In this document: positions 1 through 9,308 of the stretch, in pieces
How positions within the stretch are numbered: the stretch's first letter is position 1
Layout: each line of letters opens with the position of its first letter
Source of the DNA: Candidatus Bathyarchaeum tardum
GTDB taxonomy: Archaea > Thermoproteota > Bathyarchaeia > Bathyarchaeales > Bathyarchaeaceae
Direction of reading: 5' to 3'
Length of the DNA: 64,000 nucleotides
Assembly (NCBI GenBank): GCA_024650005.2
Contig: CP122380.1
Location: 585,814 to 649,813 of the forward strand
Translations under genes and position numbers: made by a program
The notes under the pieces: model-generated
What the model saw: the letters and a program-made list of their open reading frames with translations, nothing else
Databases searched by the model: none
Told to the model about the DNA's origin: nothing

Positions 1-1080
1 ACTACTTTGATTCCACTTCATGAGCTTGAGACGAGAATTGGTGAACTTGCAGAGCAAATGAATAATGAAATATTAGTTTACTGTGGATCAGGCGGAAGAA
101 GTGAAATAGCATCAGGAATCCTTGACAATAATGGATTCACAAACGTCTTTAACATACTTGGTGGCATCACAGAATGGATAGACTCTGAATATCCAATATA
201 CACAACTTATCACAACGTTACGGTAGACACAATTGGTAGACACCGAATCCGTGTAGACATAGAACCTTGGATGTATGAGATTTGTGAGTCTTGCGGAAGT
301 CAAGAATGGTCTGATGCCAGTGAACTAATTGATGTTCAAAGGACAACGCTGGAACAAGGAGAAGAGCATACCGTTACTTTAGTGACTTATGAAGTGAATG
401 GTAAGATAATCGAATTCATCAAAACTGAAACAATACTCTGGGCTTATGAGAAAAATACCGGAAAGAGCAACACCACAGCTCAGTTCAATACGACAGAAGT
501 AATTATGAATAATGCAACAATGCAATACTACAGTCTTAACTACTTAGTTCAGCATAAGAACTATAATGTAACTTTATACACGAGCCTTACACCGTTAGAT
601 TCAGAAACATATAACAACTCCTTCACAGTGGTGAACTATGCACCAGTTGCACAACCTGATGTTTTCTCATTAGAGCTAGTAAATTTCAACTCACCATGTA
701 CATTATCGCAACTTTATAATTCATTAGGTGCGGTTGCAAAAGAAGTGGGTAACGTCTATCATGAGAGTCCCGATGAAACATTGCAGCAACTCAAAAACAG
801 ATATTACAAAATGGGTCAAGAAATTAAACACTTATCCCAAATTGTGAATAGAGAACTATCTGACTATAACAAGAACATACTCAACAATGTGGTATTCTTA
901 GTAGATGACTTCTGGAGTTGCCTAGCATGTACTGCCAGTTGGACAGCACTTTGCTATCTAGGATGTGTAGGGTTATGCGCCGCTTTTTGGGCTTTCTGTC
1001 CATATGTTGGTGCTTGTGCGGAATTGGGTTGTAATGCAGCTGTTTACATTTTGTGCGAAGAAACAGGATGGTGTCCTTGA
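1..1080 (+). CDS. Rhodanese-domain protein, 5' partial at the window edge, with a long N-glycosylation-sequon-rich middle region and a Cys-rich hydrophobic C-terminus
   Basis: The frame is open to position 1. The C-terminal half of a rhodanese fold is present, with active-site loop VYCGSGGRS and GGITEW. The last ~60 aa contain 11 Cys (FWSCLACTASWTALCYLGCVGLCAAFWAFCPYVGACAELGCN). Confidence 0.6.
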   Translation, partial: TTLIPLHELETRIGELAEQMNNEILVYCGSGGRSEIASGILDNNGFTNVFNILGGITEWIDSEYPIYTTYHNVTVDTIGRHRIRVDIEPWMYEICESCGSQEWSDASELIDVQRTTLEQGEEHTVTLVTYEVNGKIIEFIKTETILWAYEKNTGKSNTTAQFNTTEVIMNNATMQYYSLNYLVQHKNYNVTLYTSLTPLDSETYNNSFTVVNYAPVAQPDVFSLELVNFNSPCTLSQLYNSLGAVAKEVGNVYHESPDETLQQLKNRYYKMGQEIKHLSQIVNRELSDYNKNILNNVVFLVDDFWSCLACTASWTALCYLGCVGLCAAFWAFCPYVGACAELGCNAAVYILCEETGWCP

Positions 1081-1119
1081 GACTATTTAAATTCCAAAAA
1101 AAGGTAATGACATGGGGAA

Positions 1120-1548
1120 GTGAAACAGTTGAACGATTATACAAAACCTGGCTGGTGGAAGAGAAGCTGTAGGAGCTACTTGTTTCTCTTCGTTCTAATA
1201 CCATTTGTAGTAATGTTGGTTATTTTTGGTGTGCTGGTATATCTAGGAGTGACTGAAATCACAAAACTGTTAATATACGCAGCAATTGCCAGTATTGCCA
1301 TAGCAGCAGCCTATTACATTCGCACAATTCCTTCATCATCTCTGTGGAGAAAAATCTGGATATTCATAGGCGTGGGCGTTATCGGTTTTCCCCTTGCAGT
1401 GGCAATTAGTTTTCTCTCCAGCAGCATTCTTAGCCCAATCACCGGCGATTTGCCCGCATTCATCATGACCACCATATTAGCCATAATTCTAGGGGGATAT
1501 CTGGGAGACAAAATAGGCAAAATGAGAGACTACAGACCCTTTGGTTAA
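1120..1548 (+). CDS. Small multi-pass membrane protein, unknown function
   Basis: 142-aa ORF with about four hydrophobic helices. No recognisable family motif. Confidence 0.4.
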   Translation: MKQLNDYTKPGWWKRSCRSYLFLFVLIPFVVMLVIFGVLVYLGVTEITKLLIYAAIASIAIAAAYYIRTIPSSSLWRKIWIFIGVGVIGFPLAVAISFLSSSILSPITGDLPAFIMTTILAIILGGYLGDKIGKMRDYRPFG

Positions 1549-1606
1549 TCAAATGGTCTAAATTGCACTGTGCAAGACATGTTCGAACTAATTGTGTAAC
1601 TCTCAC

Positions 1607-1628
1607 TTTTCTTTTTTTTTTTAAAAAA
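1607..1628. terminator. Candidate bidirectional archaeal oligo-T terminator between convergent genes
   Basis: An 11-T run (1612-1622) follows the + strand gene. It is followed by A6 (1623-1628), which reads as T6 on the minus strand immediately after the Bud32 stop. Confidence 0.35.
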
Positions 1629-2267
1629 TTATTCTCTATCAGCTACGTATCGTCCGCGTTTTTCGATTTCTTTGATTTTTTTGATAATTTGTTTTGTTTC
1701 TTCGTGTCCTACTGATTGGGCATATCCGTCCATTACTGCTTTGAAAGATTCTTTCGCATGCTTGTAGTGGCTACTTTGCAGGGTTCGCTTCATGAGATGA
1801 AGATCTACGCCTTTGGGTTCCAGCTCTGTTGAACGTTCACTTAATCCAAAATCGATGAAAACTACCTTTCCATAGGGAGTTAATATCATGTTTGAGGTTG
1901 TGAGATCCCCGTGAATTATTCCATTTTTGTGAAGTCGACCAATCATTTTCCCGATAACTTTGCACAAGTTGAACCTTTCTTGTTTGGAGATGTTGTTTAA
2001 TACTTCTTTGATTTGTTGTCCTTCTACAAACTCCATAACTATGTTTGCTTCTGCAATGTCGACCATAAAAATTGTTGGTGTAGGAACTCCTGCTTCTTTG
2101 GCTTTGTGCATTATGTGGGGTTCATGTACAGTCCTTTGGGACCGAATCATTTTGTCTAATTCTGGAATCCGATACTGTTTTGGATGACGCTTTTTCATGA
2201 TAACCTGACGATTGTGCCAAGTTTCCTTGTATAAACTGGCTTCAGCGCCTTTTTTAATCAGCAGCAT
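1629..2267 (-). CDS. bud32: Bud32/PRPK-type Kae1-associated kinase (KEOPS subunit)
   Basis: Motifs LIKKGAEASLY, IIHGDLTTSNMIL and FIDFGLS. The likely start is the internal Met (MLLIKKG) at 2267; the ORF track extends to 2294. It overlaps the kae1 stop. Confidence 0.8.
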   Translation of the reverse strand: MLLIKKGAEASLYKETWHNRQVIMKKRHPKQYRIPELDKMIRSQRTVHEPHIMHKAKEAGVPTPTIFMVDIAEANIVMEFVEGQQIKEVLNNISKQERFNLCKVIGKMIGRLHKNGIIHGDLTTSNMILTPYGKVVFIDFGLSERSTELEPKGVDLHLMKRTLQSSHYKHAKESFKAVMDGYAQSVGHEETKQIIKKIKEIEKRGRYVADRE

Positions 2268-3312
2268 TTTTTTCCTCCACCCAAGGGGCAACAACTTCTT
2301 CTAGACGCCATTTTACGTTAACTAAACTTTTTTCCACAGGAGTAGAAATGCCACTACTGTATGCAAGAACACCCGCCCATGCAATCATTGCTCCATTATC
2401 GGCAGCAAGTTTGATGGGGACCACACAAAACCGTGCACCATGCTCTTCTGCAACTACTTTTAGCATCTCTTGCAATCGCTTGTTAGCTGCTACTCCTCCA
2501 GTTAACAATACTTCAGGTTTTTCTGTATGCGCTAGTGCCCGTTCAGTTACTTCGGTTAACATGCCAAAAGCGACTTCTTGCAGGCTAAAACAAATGTCTT
2601 CTATAGAATACTTGTTTGTCTGAAACGCCTGAACAGCAGCAGTGTGAAGTCCACTAAACGAAAGGTCCATTCCCTTTACAGTGTAAGGAAGGGGAACAAA
2701 GTTTTTGCCGTTCTTTGCTAGTTTTTCAACTACTGCCCCAAAGGGTGCTCCGTGCCCTTGTTTGAGTCCAGCTGCCCTGGCAAAAACGTCCAAACAGTTT
2801 CCGATTGCAATGTCTAGGGTTTCTCCAAAAATTCTGTATCGTTTTGCTTCAAAGGCCGAAACTATGGTGTTTCCTCCTGAAGCATACAGGGTAACTGGGT
2901 CTGTTGCTCCTGTTGCCAGTTTGCCAATTTCAATGTGGCCTACACAATGGTTAACTCCAACCAAAGGAACATCAAGATATGACGCCAAAGCCCGCGCTGC
3001 AGTTGCGCCCGTTCGTAGACAAGGGCCTAATCCTGGTCCTTGGGCAAAGGCTACTAAACTAATTTCGTTAGGTTTTACTTGTGCTGTTTCAAAGGCTTGT
3101 TTAAGAACCATTTCGGAAACTTCAGCATGATGTCTAGCTGCTTCTCGAGGATGGATTCCTCCTTCTTCGGGCATGTATGCGTTGTTTGCGTTTGAGAGAA
3201 CCTTGCCGTCAAAAGTTACTATTGCTGCACCGAAATCGTCTGCTGTGGATTCGATGCCCAAACAGTAAGAGTCTGTTGAAGCTTTTTGTGGCAAGAATTG
3301 TGTTCCTCCCAA
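2254..3312 (-). CDS. kae1: Kae1, tRNA N6-adenosine threonylcarbamoyltransferase
   Basis: Motifs LGIESTADDFGAAIV, the metal-binding VGVNHCVGHIEIG, and the ASKHA-fold C-terminus GGVAANKRL. The start codon is uncertain: several in-frame TTG codons and no ATG. Confidence 0.9.
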   Translation of the reverse strand: MGGTQFLPQKASTDSYCLGIESTADDFGAAIVTFDGKVLSNANNAYMPEEGGIHPREAARHHAEVSEMVLKQAFETAQVKPNEISLVAFAQGPGLGPCLRTGATAARALASYLDVPLVGVNHCVGHIEIGKLATGATDPVTLYASGGNTIVSAFEAKRYRIFGETLDIAIGNCLDVFARAAGLKQGHGAPFGAVVEKLAKNGKNFVPLPYTVKGMDLSFSGLHTAAVQAFQTNKYSIEDICFSLQEVAFGMLTEVTERALAHTEKPEVLLTGGVAANKRLQEMLKVVAEEHGARFCVVPIKLAADNGAMIAWAGVLAYSSGISTPVEKSLVNVKWRLEEVVAPWVEEKNAAD

Positions 3313-3504
3313 GTCTGTGTTAATATTTTGTAGTTTACCAAGAAAGCATATTTTGCTTGGGAATGTTAAAACGTTTCGTAATTTTGTTAGAAAGTTTGAT
3401 TACATATTTTTTACTACTACTTGTCTAATTGAGGCAAAAAGCCTACACATTTTTATGGGTTGATGTGCCCTTATATTTACGAACGTTCAAAGGATCGAAT
3501 TTAC

Positions 3505-3882
3505 ATGCCCAGACGCAACGAACTTGAATATAAAGCCTTAGAGGTCATTTCCAACAGTGGAACTGATGGTGTACTTCAATCTGAACTATGGCGAGAACTT
3601 GATGCAACCAGCAGGGAAGGCAGCAGAATCGCCCTGAAACTTGAAACAAAAGGTTTGATCCTTCGAGACAAAGAACTCCATGAAGGACGATGGACTTATC
3701 GTCTTTTCACTAAACGTAAACCTGCATCTCTTAATACAATAATTGATTCTCCGTGTTTGATGTGCCCAAACGATGCCCGATGTGGTGCTTGGGGTCCAAT
3801 TTCTCCCCACGAATGCAAGATGCTCACTGCGTGGATTTTGGGTGTGGAACTGCCTGAACTGGAAACTTCTGGTGAAATCTAG
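3505..3882 (+). CDS. Winged-helix protein with a C-terminal 4-Cys cluster, possibly TFE-beta/RPC34-like
   Basis: wHTH-like N-terminus (LEVISNSGTDGVLQSELWRELDATSREGSRIALKLETKGLI) followed by CLMCPNDARCGAWGPISPHEC. The functional assignment is tentative. Confidence 0.4.
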   Translation: MPRRNELEYKALEVISNSGTDGVLQSELWRELDATSREGSRIALKLETKGLILRDKELHEGRWTYRLFTKRKPASLNTIIDSPCLMCPNDARCGAWGPISPHECKMLTAWILGVELPELETSGEI

Positions 3883-3884
3883 GC

Positions 3885-4496
3885 TTGCCAGGAAGTGCAT
3901 GGGTAAACGAACGAAAAAACGAATTCTATTACCGTAAAGCAAAAGCAGAAAACCTGCGTTCACGAGCCTATTTTAAACTTATTCAAGCAGTACAACGCTA
4001 CAATTTCATAAAACCCGGACACGTAGTAGTCGATTTAGGTGCGGCCCCTGGGGGTTGGACCCAAGCAGCTCTGCGGTTAGTTGAAGATTCAGGTTTTGTT
4101 TTAGCAGTTGACCTGAAAAAAATTGCCCCTTTTGATGCACCAAACGCCTTAGCAATTGTTGGCGACGTTACCCAACAAGAAATTATGCAAAAAATTTTGC
4201 AGTTGCTGCCCCATGCCCCTGATGTAGTTGTTTCAGATGTTGCACCCAACGTTTCAGGAACCTGGGAACTTGACCACGCTCGACAAATTGATCTAGCAAC
4301 TCAATCCCTAAACATTGCGGTTTCACTTCTTCGACCTGGCGGAAACTTTTTTGTTAAAGTCTTTCAAGGCAGCACAACAAACAATTTCATTAAAGACATA
4401 AAACGCCATTTCAGCTTCGTAAAACTAATAAAACCAAAAGCCAGCCGAAGCAAAAGTGCTGAACTATACGTCCTTGGAATGAAATTTAGAAAATAA
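3885..4496 (+). CDS. rlmE: RlmE/FtsJ-type 23S rRNA 2'-O-ribose methyltransferase
   Basis: Motifs RSRAYFKLIQ and the SAM-binding VVVDLGAAPGGWTQ, plus DVAPNVSG. TTG start. Confidence 0.85.
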   Translation: MPGSAWVNERKNEFYYRKAKAENLRSRAYFKLIQAVQRYNFIKPGHVVVDLGAAPGGWTQAALRLVEDSGFVLAVDLKKIAPFDAPNALAIVGDVTQQEIMQKILQLLPHAPDVVVSDVAPNVSGTWELDHARQIDLATQSLNIAVSLLRPGGNFFVKVFQGSTTNNFIKDIKRHFSFVKLIKPKASRSKSAELYVLGMKFRK

Positions 4497-4503
4497 CCGA
4501 ATT

Positions 4504-5679
4504 TTATTTCTTTGCTGTTTCTGTGATTATTTTTGTGGCGATTTCTAAACCGTTCCAGTCTTTGATTTTTGTTTGGAGTTGTTGTGAGTTTTCTTGATAC
4601 TTGTTTGTTAACAGTTTTTGAACTGCACACAGCAAGGTCTGTTTGTTGAGGTCTTCTTGTGTTATCATTTCTGTGACGCCAAGTTCTATTGTTTTTTCTG
4701 CGTTGTTAAATTGTTCAGTGTGGCTGGGTGTAGGAATAAGAATTGTTGGTTTTCCGTAACAAATTGACTGAGATAGGGTTCCGTGTCCACCTCTGGAAAT
4801 GACGATGTCGCAGGCTTTGAGGTATTCAAAACGATTTGGAATCCATCCATAGACTATCAAGTTTCCGTTAACTGATGTTTCTGCTTTCACGTTTGGGTAG
4901 CCAAGGGACATAACTATATGGTAATCGTGGGGAAACTGGGTAAATATTTGTCGAAGCAAACCAGTAAAATATGCACGTTCTTTTGGTGGTCCACTGATGG
5001 GGGCAAAAATGATTGGTTTATCCTCAGGTAACCCAAGCTTTTTTCGAAGCTGCATTTTTTCTGGCAAATCTTCTGGGCTTACCGGAAGAATCGGACCAAT
5101 GAACTTTATTTTTTTATGGTATGCCTTTGGAATGTGCAGATTTTTGTTTGAAATCGTATAAGGGGGAGGAAAATCTGGAACCATTATATGGTTTACTTCT
5201 GCCCATACTTTTCCTACCAAAGTTAACGTGGTGGCGTCTGCTATTCGTGCAAGTTTAAGGAATCTGTTTCGTCGCGGAATAAACACTTGAAACTGGTTTA
5301 AAATGCAAACTCGGGGAACATCCAAAAATTTTGCAGCAACTAAAGAAGATGCCCTAGAGTCTGAAACTACAATGTCGGGGTCGAAAGCTTGTATGTAATC
5401 GATTTCTGCGTCTATTTGTTTTGCGATCTTGTAAACTGTCAAAAACGGTCCGGGGTCAACTGTTGTTAACCTAAAATCGATACTTCCATCAGGTTTAACT
5501 TGAACTCCAATATCGGGAGCCTCTATGACTTTGAATCCTTCTTTTTGAACGTATTTGAAGCCTTCATTATACGTTGAAAACAGCAGTTCAGCTCCTTGCT
5601 GTTGCAATTTCCTTGCTATGGGAATACAACGACCAACATGACCCAAACCCGCCCCAGATGGCGTAAAAAAAACACGCAT
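4504..5679 (-). CDS. GT1/GT28-family (MGT/MurG-like) glycosyltransferase
   Basis: N-terminus MRVFFTPSGAGLGHVGRCIPIARKL and C-terminus SRGGHGTLSQSICYGKPTILIP. Confidence 0.7.
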   Translation of the reverse strand: MRVFFTPSGAGLGHVGRCIPIARKLQQQGAELLFSTYNEGFKYVQKEGFKVIEAPDIGVQVKPDGSIDFRLTTVDPGPFLTVYKIAKQIDAEIDYIQAFDPDIVVSDSRASSLVAAKFLDVPRVCILNQFQVFIPRRNRFLKLARIADATTLTLVGKVWAEVNHIMVPDFPPPYTISNKNLHIPKAYHKKIKFIGPILPVSPEDLPEKMQLRKKLGLPEDKPIIFAPISGPPKERAYFTGLLRQIFTQFPHDYHIVMSLGYPNVKAETSVNGNLIVYGWIPNRFEYLKACDIVISRGGHGTLSQSICYGKPTILIPTPSHTEQFNNAEKTIELGVTEMITQEDLNKQTLLCAVQKLLTNKYQENSQQLQTKIKDWNGLEIATKIITETAKK

Positions 5680-5693
5680 GACTTTAGTTTCCT

Positions 5694-6311
5694 TCAGATT
5701 TCTTTTTGTTCCACATCGCCTTTGGGTGCACGTTCCTCAAAAATAATTGCTTCAAAACGATAAATTTTGGTGCCTTTTAACAACCAAGAATCAGGGGGCA
5801 CCCCTGCTTTCATGGCAGTTTGGCACAAAAACTCTTCAACTTCCCAGTTCCACTCAACCGGAACCTGCGGCAACAATAAACCCTTATGGTAACCCTGCTC
5901 AAGTATCAATCCGTCTCGTCCTACCTTGATTTTCGACGGATAATCAGTTGGTTTTTCAACTTTAACAAGCTCAGGGGGAGTTAATACGCTGACTTCAAAA
6001 ACTATATTGTCGAGTTCTTGAACATCAACTGGAGGAAAACGTGGGTCCTGTGTTGCTGCACTAACCGCTGCTTCGATTACTGCCTTAACAAGGGGTGATG
6101 TCGGATACGGCAAACCAATGCAGCCTCTCAAACATTTTGTTTTCTTGGCGATACTATTCAAGGTAACAAAAACGCCACAGGGCTCCATTAGTTTGGTTGA
6201 AACATTTGCAGGAACTTGTAGGATTCTTCCTGTTTCAAGGTAAGTTGTAACTGTTTGCCTTGCAAGGTTCACTAGAAACTTTCCTTCTTCTAGTGTCAAC
6301 TGAAATTTCAC
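5694..6311 (-). CDS. AMMECR1-domain protein
   Basis: Motif CGVFVTLNS...[10 protein letters not shown] and a length typical of the family. Confidence 0.8.
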   Translation of the reverse strand: MKFQLTLEEGKFLVNLARQTVTTYLETGRILQVPANVSTKLMEPCGVFVTLNSIAKKTKCLRGCIGLPYPTSPLVKAVIEAAVSAATQDPRFPPVDVQELDNIVFEVSVLTPPELVKVEKPTDYPSKIKVGRDGLILEQGYHKGLLLPQVPVEWNWEVEEFLCQTAMKAGVPPDSWLLKGTKIYRFEAIIFEERAPKGDVEQKEI

Positions 6312-6420
6312 GTTATGTTGCCTCTGACTACTTGCAAAATCAACCCTACATAAGTATAAGGTTTTTGAACAAAAAGGGTTTGAAAAAAGGAAAAATCGGA
6401 TTGATCTAGTATGTTGTCAC

Positions 6421-7050
6421 TCAAAAGTTGACGGTTTCTTCTTGAACCCCATCTTTTGTAATAACCATCAAATCCACGCCGTCACCGCTCATGGAATCTC
6501 TGCGAACTGCAGATTTTATTGATTTCAGAGTTAATTCTTTTGCTTCTTCTAAGGACATTTTTGTTCTGTAGCCTTGTTCCAGAACACCCGTTGCCATGGT
6601 GGCTCCAGTTCCTACTGCTGCATAATCGTCGGGCAAAAGGGAACCCAAAACATCAAGCACATATATTGCAGCTCCATCGCCATCCATTCCCCCCACAATT
6701 GTTTGGATATATAACGGGTACATTCGTCTGTTGAACAAAACGTTTGCTGTGACTTTGGATGCTGCTTTTACGCTCATGGGGCGTTTTGTGTCTAACGTGA
6801 AGAGTGTTGCCTGGGCGGAGATTTCTCTTGCCAAAATTTGCATGTCCGAGACCAACCCTGCACATGCTACACCGACTTTTTCAGCGATTTTAAAAACCTT
6901 CTTTCCAGTTTTGCTCATTACCATGGAGCCATAAGTAACTCGTTTTTCGGAAGCTAAAATTACTCCACCATCAAAAACTAGACCTACTGTGGTAGCTCCG
7001 GGCATGTAATATCGTCCTTGGGCTTGGTCACTCAAACTTTCTTCCTCCAA
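6421..7050 (-). CDS. psmB: Proteasome beta subunit
   Basis: A propeptide is followed by the mature N-terminus TTVGLVFDGGVILASEKR. Confidence 0.9.
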   Translation of the reverse strand: MEEESLSDQAQGRYYMPGATTVGLVFDGGVILASEKRVTYGSMVMSKTGKKVFKIAEKVGVACAGLVSDMQILAREISAQATLFTLDTKRPMSVKAASKVTANVLFNRRMYPLYIQTIVGGMDGDGAAIYVLDVLGSLLPDDYAAVGTGATMATGVLEQGYRTKMSLEEAKELTLKSIKSAVRRDSMSGDGVDLMVITKDGVQEETVNF

Positions 7051-7142
7051 GATTCAATGGAGTATTGACCTAAAAGAAGCTATTAAACTTAATTGATTTT
7101 CCATTAAAACACTTTAGAGTTAAATTGTTACCCCTTGCCCTT

Positions 7143-7967
7143 CTAATTGTCCAAAGTTCCAAGCATACTTCCTGTGCGGTAACCCTCAAGGTCAACTGTA
7201 ACAAACTTGAATCCTATTGCTTTCAATTCTTTAACGATTTTATCCAACACTTCATTTTTACTGAAAAGGTTGATTTCATTTTTTGGAACTTCAATTCGGG
7301 CAAAGCTGTTATGGTCTCGAACTCGTAGCTGTGTTACGCCCGTGAGGTTTCGAATTATCTGCTCTGCTTGGGCGATTCTATCTAGTTTTTCAGCAGTAAT
7401 TTGTTCATTAAAAGGTATTCTAGACGCCAAACACGCATTAGATGGCTTATTAAAAACAGATAACCCCAAACCTTTAGCTACTAACCGAATTTCTTGACGG
7501 GTGAACTTGTTGGCTGCCCATGGGCTGTAAACGTTTTTTGATTCTTGAACTGCCACAAAACCTGGTCTGTGTCCAGTTAACTCACTGAAGTTAGTTCCCT
7601 CAAAGATGGCTTTAAATCCTAGTTTTTTTGCAATTTCTTGCATTTGTTTTAGTAACTCTTTTTTACAAAAATAACAACGGTTTTCGGGATTCTTTCTAAA
7701 ATTTTCATTTGACAACTCATACGTTTTCACTATGTGTTGTTTTATTCCGATTTGTTTTGCAGCATTTTCTGAATCTTCCAATTCTTTAGTTGTGTAAGTT
7801 GGGGATATTGCAGTTACAGCAACTGCTTTTGGTCCCAGAACCTCGTAACATAATGCCGCAAGGGTTGTGCTATCCACTCCGCCAGAAAAAGCTATTACTA
7901 CACCGTTTTTTCCTTTGTTTGCAATAAAATGTTTAATTTCGTCAACTTTTTTGGTCAGATTTTCCAC
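7143..7967 (-). CDS. larE: LarE-like ATP-dependent sacrificial sulfur transferase (PP-loop ATPase)
   Basis: PP-loop VVIAFSGGVDSTTLAAL and Cys loop PSNACLASRIP. The gene is adjacent to larC and larB. Confidence 0.8.
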   Translation of the reverse strand: MENLTKKVDEIKHFIANKGKNGVVIAFSGGVDSTTLAALCYEVLGPKAVAVTAISPTYTTKELEDSENAAKQIGIKQHIVKTYELSNENFRKNPENRCYFCKKELLKQMQEIAKKLGFKAIFEGTNFSELTGHRPGFVAVQESKNVYSPWAANKFTRQEIRLVAKGLGLSVFNKPSNACLASRIPFNEQITAEKLDRIAQAEQIIRNLTGVTQLRVRDHNSFARIEVPKNEINLFSKNEVLDKIVKELKAIGFKFVTVDLEGYRTGSMLGTLDN

Positions 7968-7973
7968 TGGAAA

Positions 7974-9227
7974 TCACCTTTTTTTAGTTAGAACTTTCTG
8001 GGCTCTTAACCTGATTAACTCTGCGATTTCTCTTGCAGGTTTTTTTGTTTTCTTTGATATTCGTTTAACATCTTCAAATTCAGGTTTAACCCTAAGAATT
8101 TCTCCGTTGGTGTCTTTGGCAACTTTAACTGTTACTTTTTCCGTTGTGCTATCCAGTGGCAATTCCAGTTGAACAAGTTCACGGTTAATTACAAGTCTTT
8201 CACAAGAGCAAATTCTAACACCAAGAGTCCCAGTTTCATCCATAATTACCCGGGATAAATGTTCAACATCTGCTTTATCGGCTATCACTTTTAGAATCTG
8301 ATTAGGTCTGCTCTTTTTGGTTACCCCCGAAAGCACGGTTACATCTTTTGCCCCCTCTTGGGTCAATACTTCGATAGTATGTCCAAGAATTTCTCCAGTA
8401 ACATCGTCAAGGTTTGTTTCCAAAACAGCAACTTCTTCTTTCAAAAGCCCATAATCCACATTATTCCCAATAGTAATACGCAAAACATTTGGGACACCTT
8501 CAAAGGTTTTAGTTCCTGCACCATAACCAACTTTCACGGGCACTATTGCGGGATAAAAACGGCTGACCTCATCAACTAAATTAACCAGTATTGCTGCTCC
8601 TGTTGGTGTAGCAAGCTCCTTTTCGATTGGTCCCCCTTGAATTGCAAACTGTTTAGACTGAAAAATTGCAAGAGTTGCTGGAGCTGGACTGGACATGGTG
8701 CCATGAGAAAATTTGAACAATCCACCCCCAACGGAAACTGGGGTTGAATAGATTTTAGCATCAAACAATCCAAGATCATCTAAAGCAACTGCAGCACCTA
8801 TGATCTCTGCTGCAGTGTCCACAAGTCCCACTTCATGCATGTGGGTATGGTCCATGCTTGTGTTGTGTATCTTTGCTTCTGCTCCAACAAGTGTCCGTAT
8901 CGTGTTTGAAGCAAACTGTTTTGCTTTTGTTGAAATGTCCAAATTTTGAGAGCAAGTTTCTACAATTTCTATTAGTTTGGAACCCTGCATATGCAAAACA
9001 GTTTTGGCGGTTACGTCAATTGTTGTTGCTTTAACGTCTTTACTCATTGTTCGTTTGAGGTTAATTGAAATTTTTTCATATCCGTAATTTGGGTTTTCCA
9101 ACGACTTTATGGCTGTAGTTACTTTGTTTTTGTTTGCTCCAAGGTCAAGTAGAGCTGCTAAAACCATATCTCCTGCGACGCCTGCCATTTGACAGTCGAT
9201 AACTGCGATTTTGTTTAGTTTTGGCAT
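7974..9227 (-). CDS. larC: LarC-like nickel insertion protein (DUF111)
   Basis: N-terminus IAVIDCQMAGVAGDMVLAALLDLGA. The start is set at the internal Met (MPKLNKIAV) at 9227; the ORF track extends to 9353. Confidence 0.8.
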   Translation of the reverse strand: MPKLNKIAVIDCQMAGVAGDMVLAALLDLGANKNKVTTAIKSLENPNYGYEKISINLKRTMSKDVKATTIDVTAKTVLHMQGSKLIEIVETCSQNLDISTKAKQFASNTIRTLVGAEAKIHNTSMDHTHMHEVGLVDTAAEIIGAAVALDDLGLFDAKIYSTPVSVGGGLFKFSHGTMSSPAPATLAIFQSKQFAIQGGPIEKELATPTGAAILVNLVDEVSRFYPAIVPVKVGYGAGTKTFEGVPNVLRITIGNNVDYGLLKEEVAVLETNLDDVTGEILGHTIEVLTQEGAKDVTVLSGVTKKSRPNQILKVIADKADVEHLSRVIMDETGTLGVRICSCERLVINRELVQLELPLDSTTEKVTVKVAKDTNGEILRVKPEFEDVKRISKKTKKPAREIAELIRLRAQKVLTKKR

Positions 9228-9308
9228 GGGATTCACACAATCAGTTATTTTAATGGGAGTTGTAATAGTGATATAATTGTTTATGTTCTTAAGGAGTCTG
9301 AATTCAAT

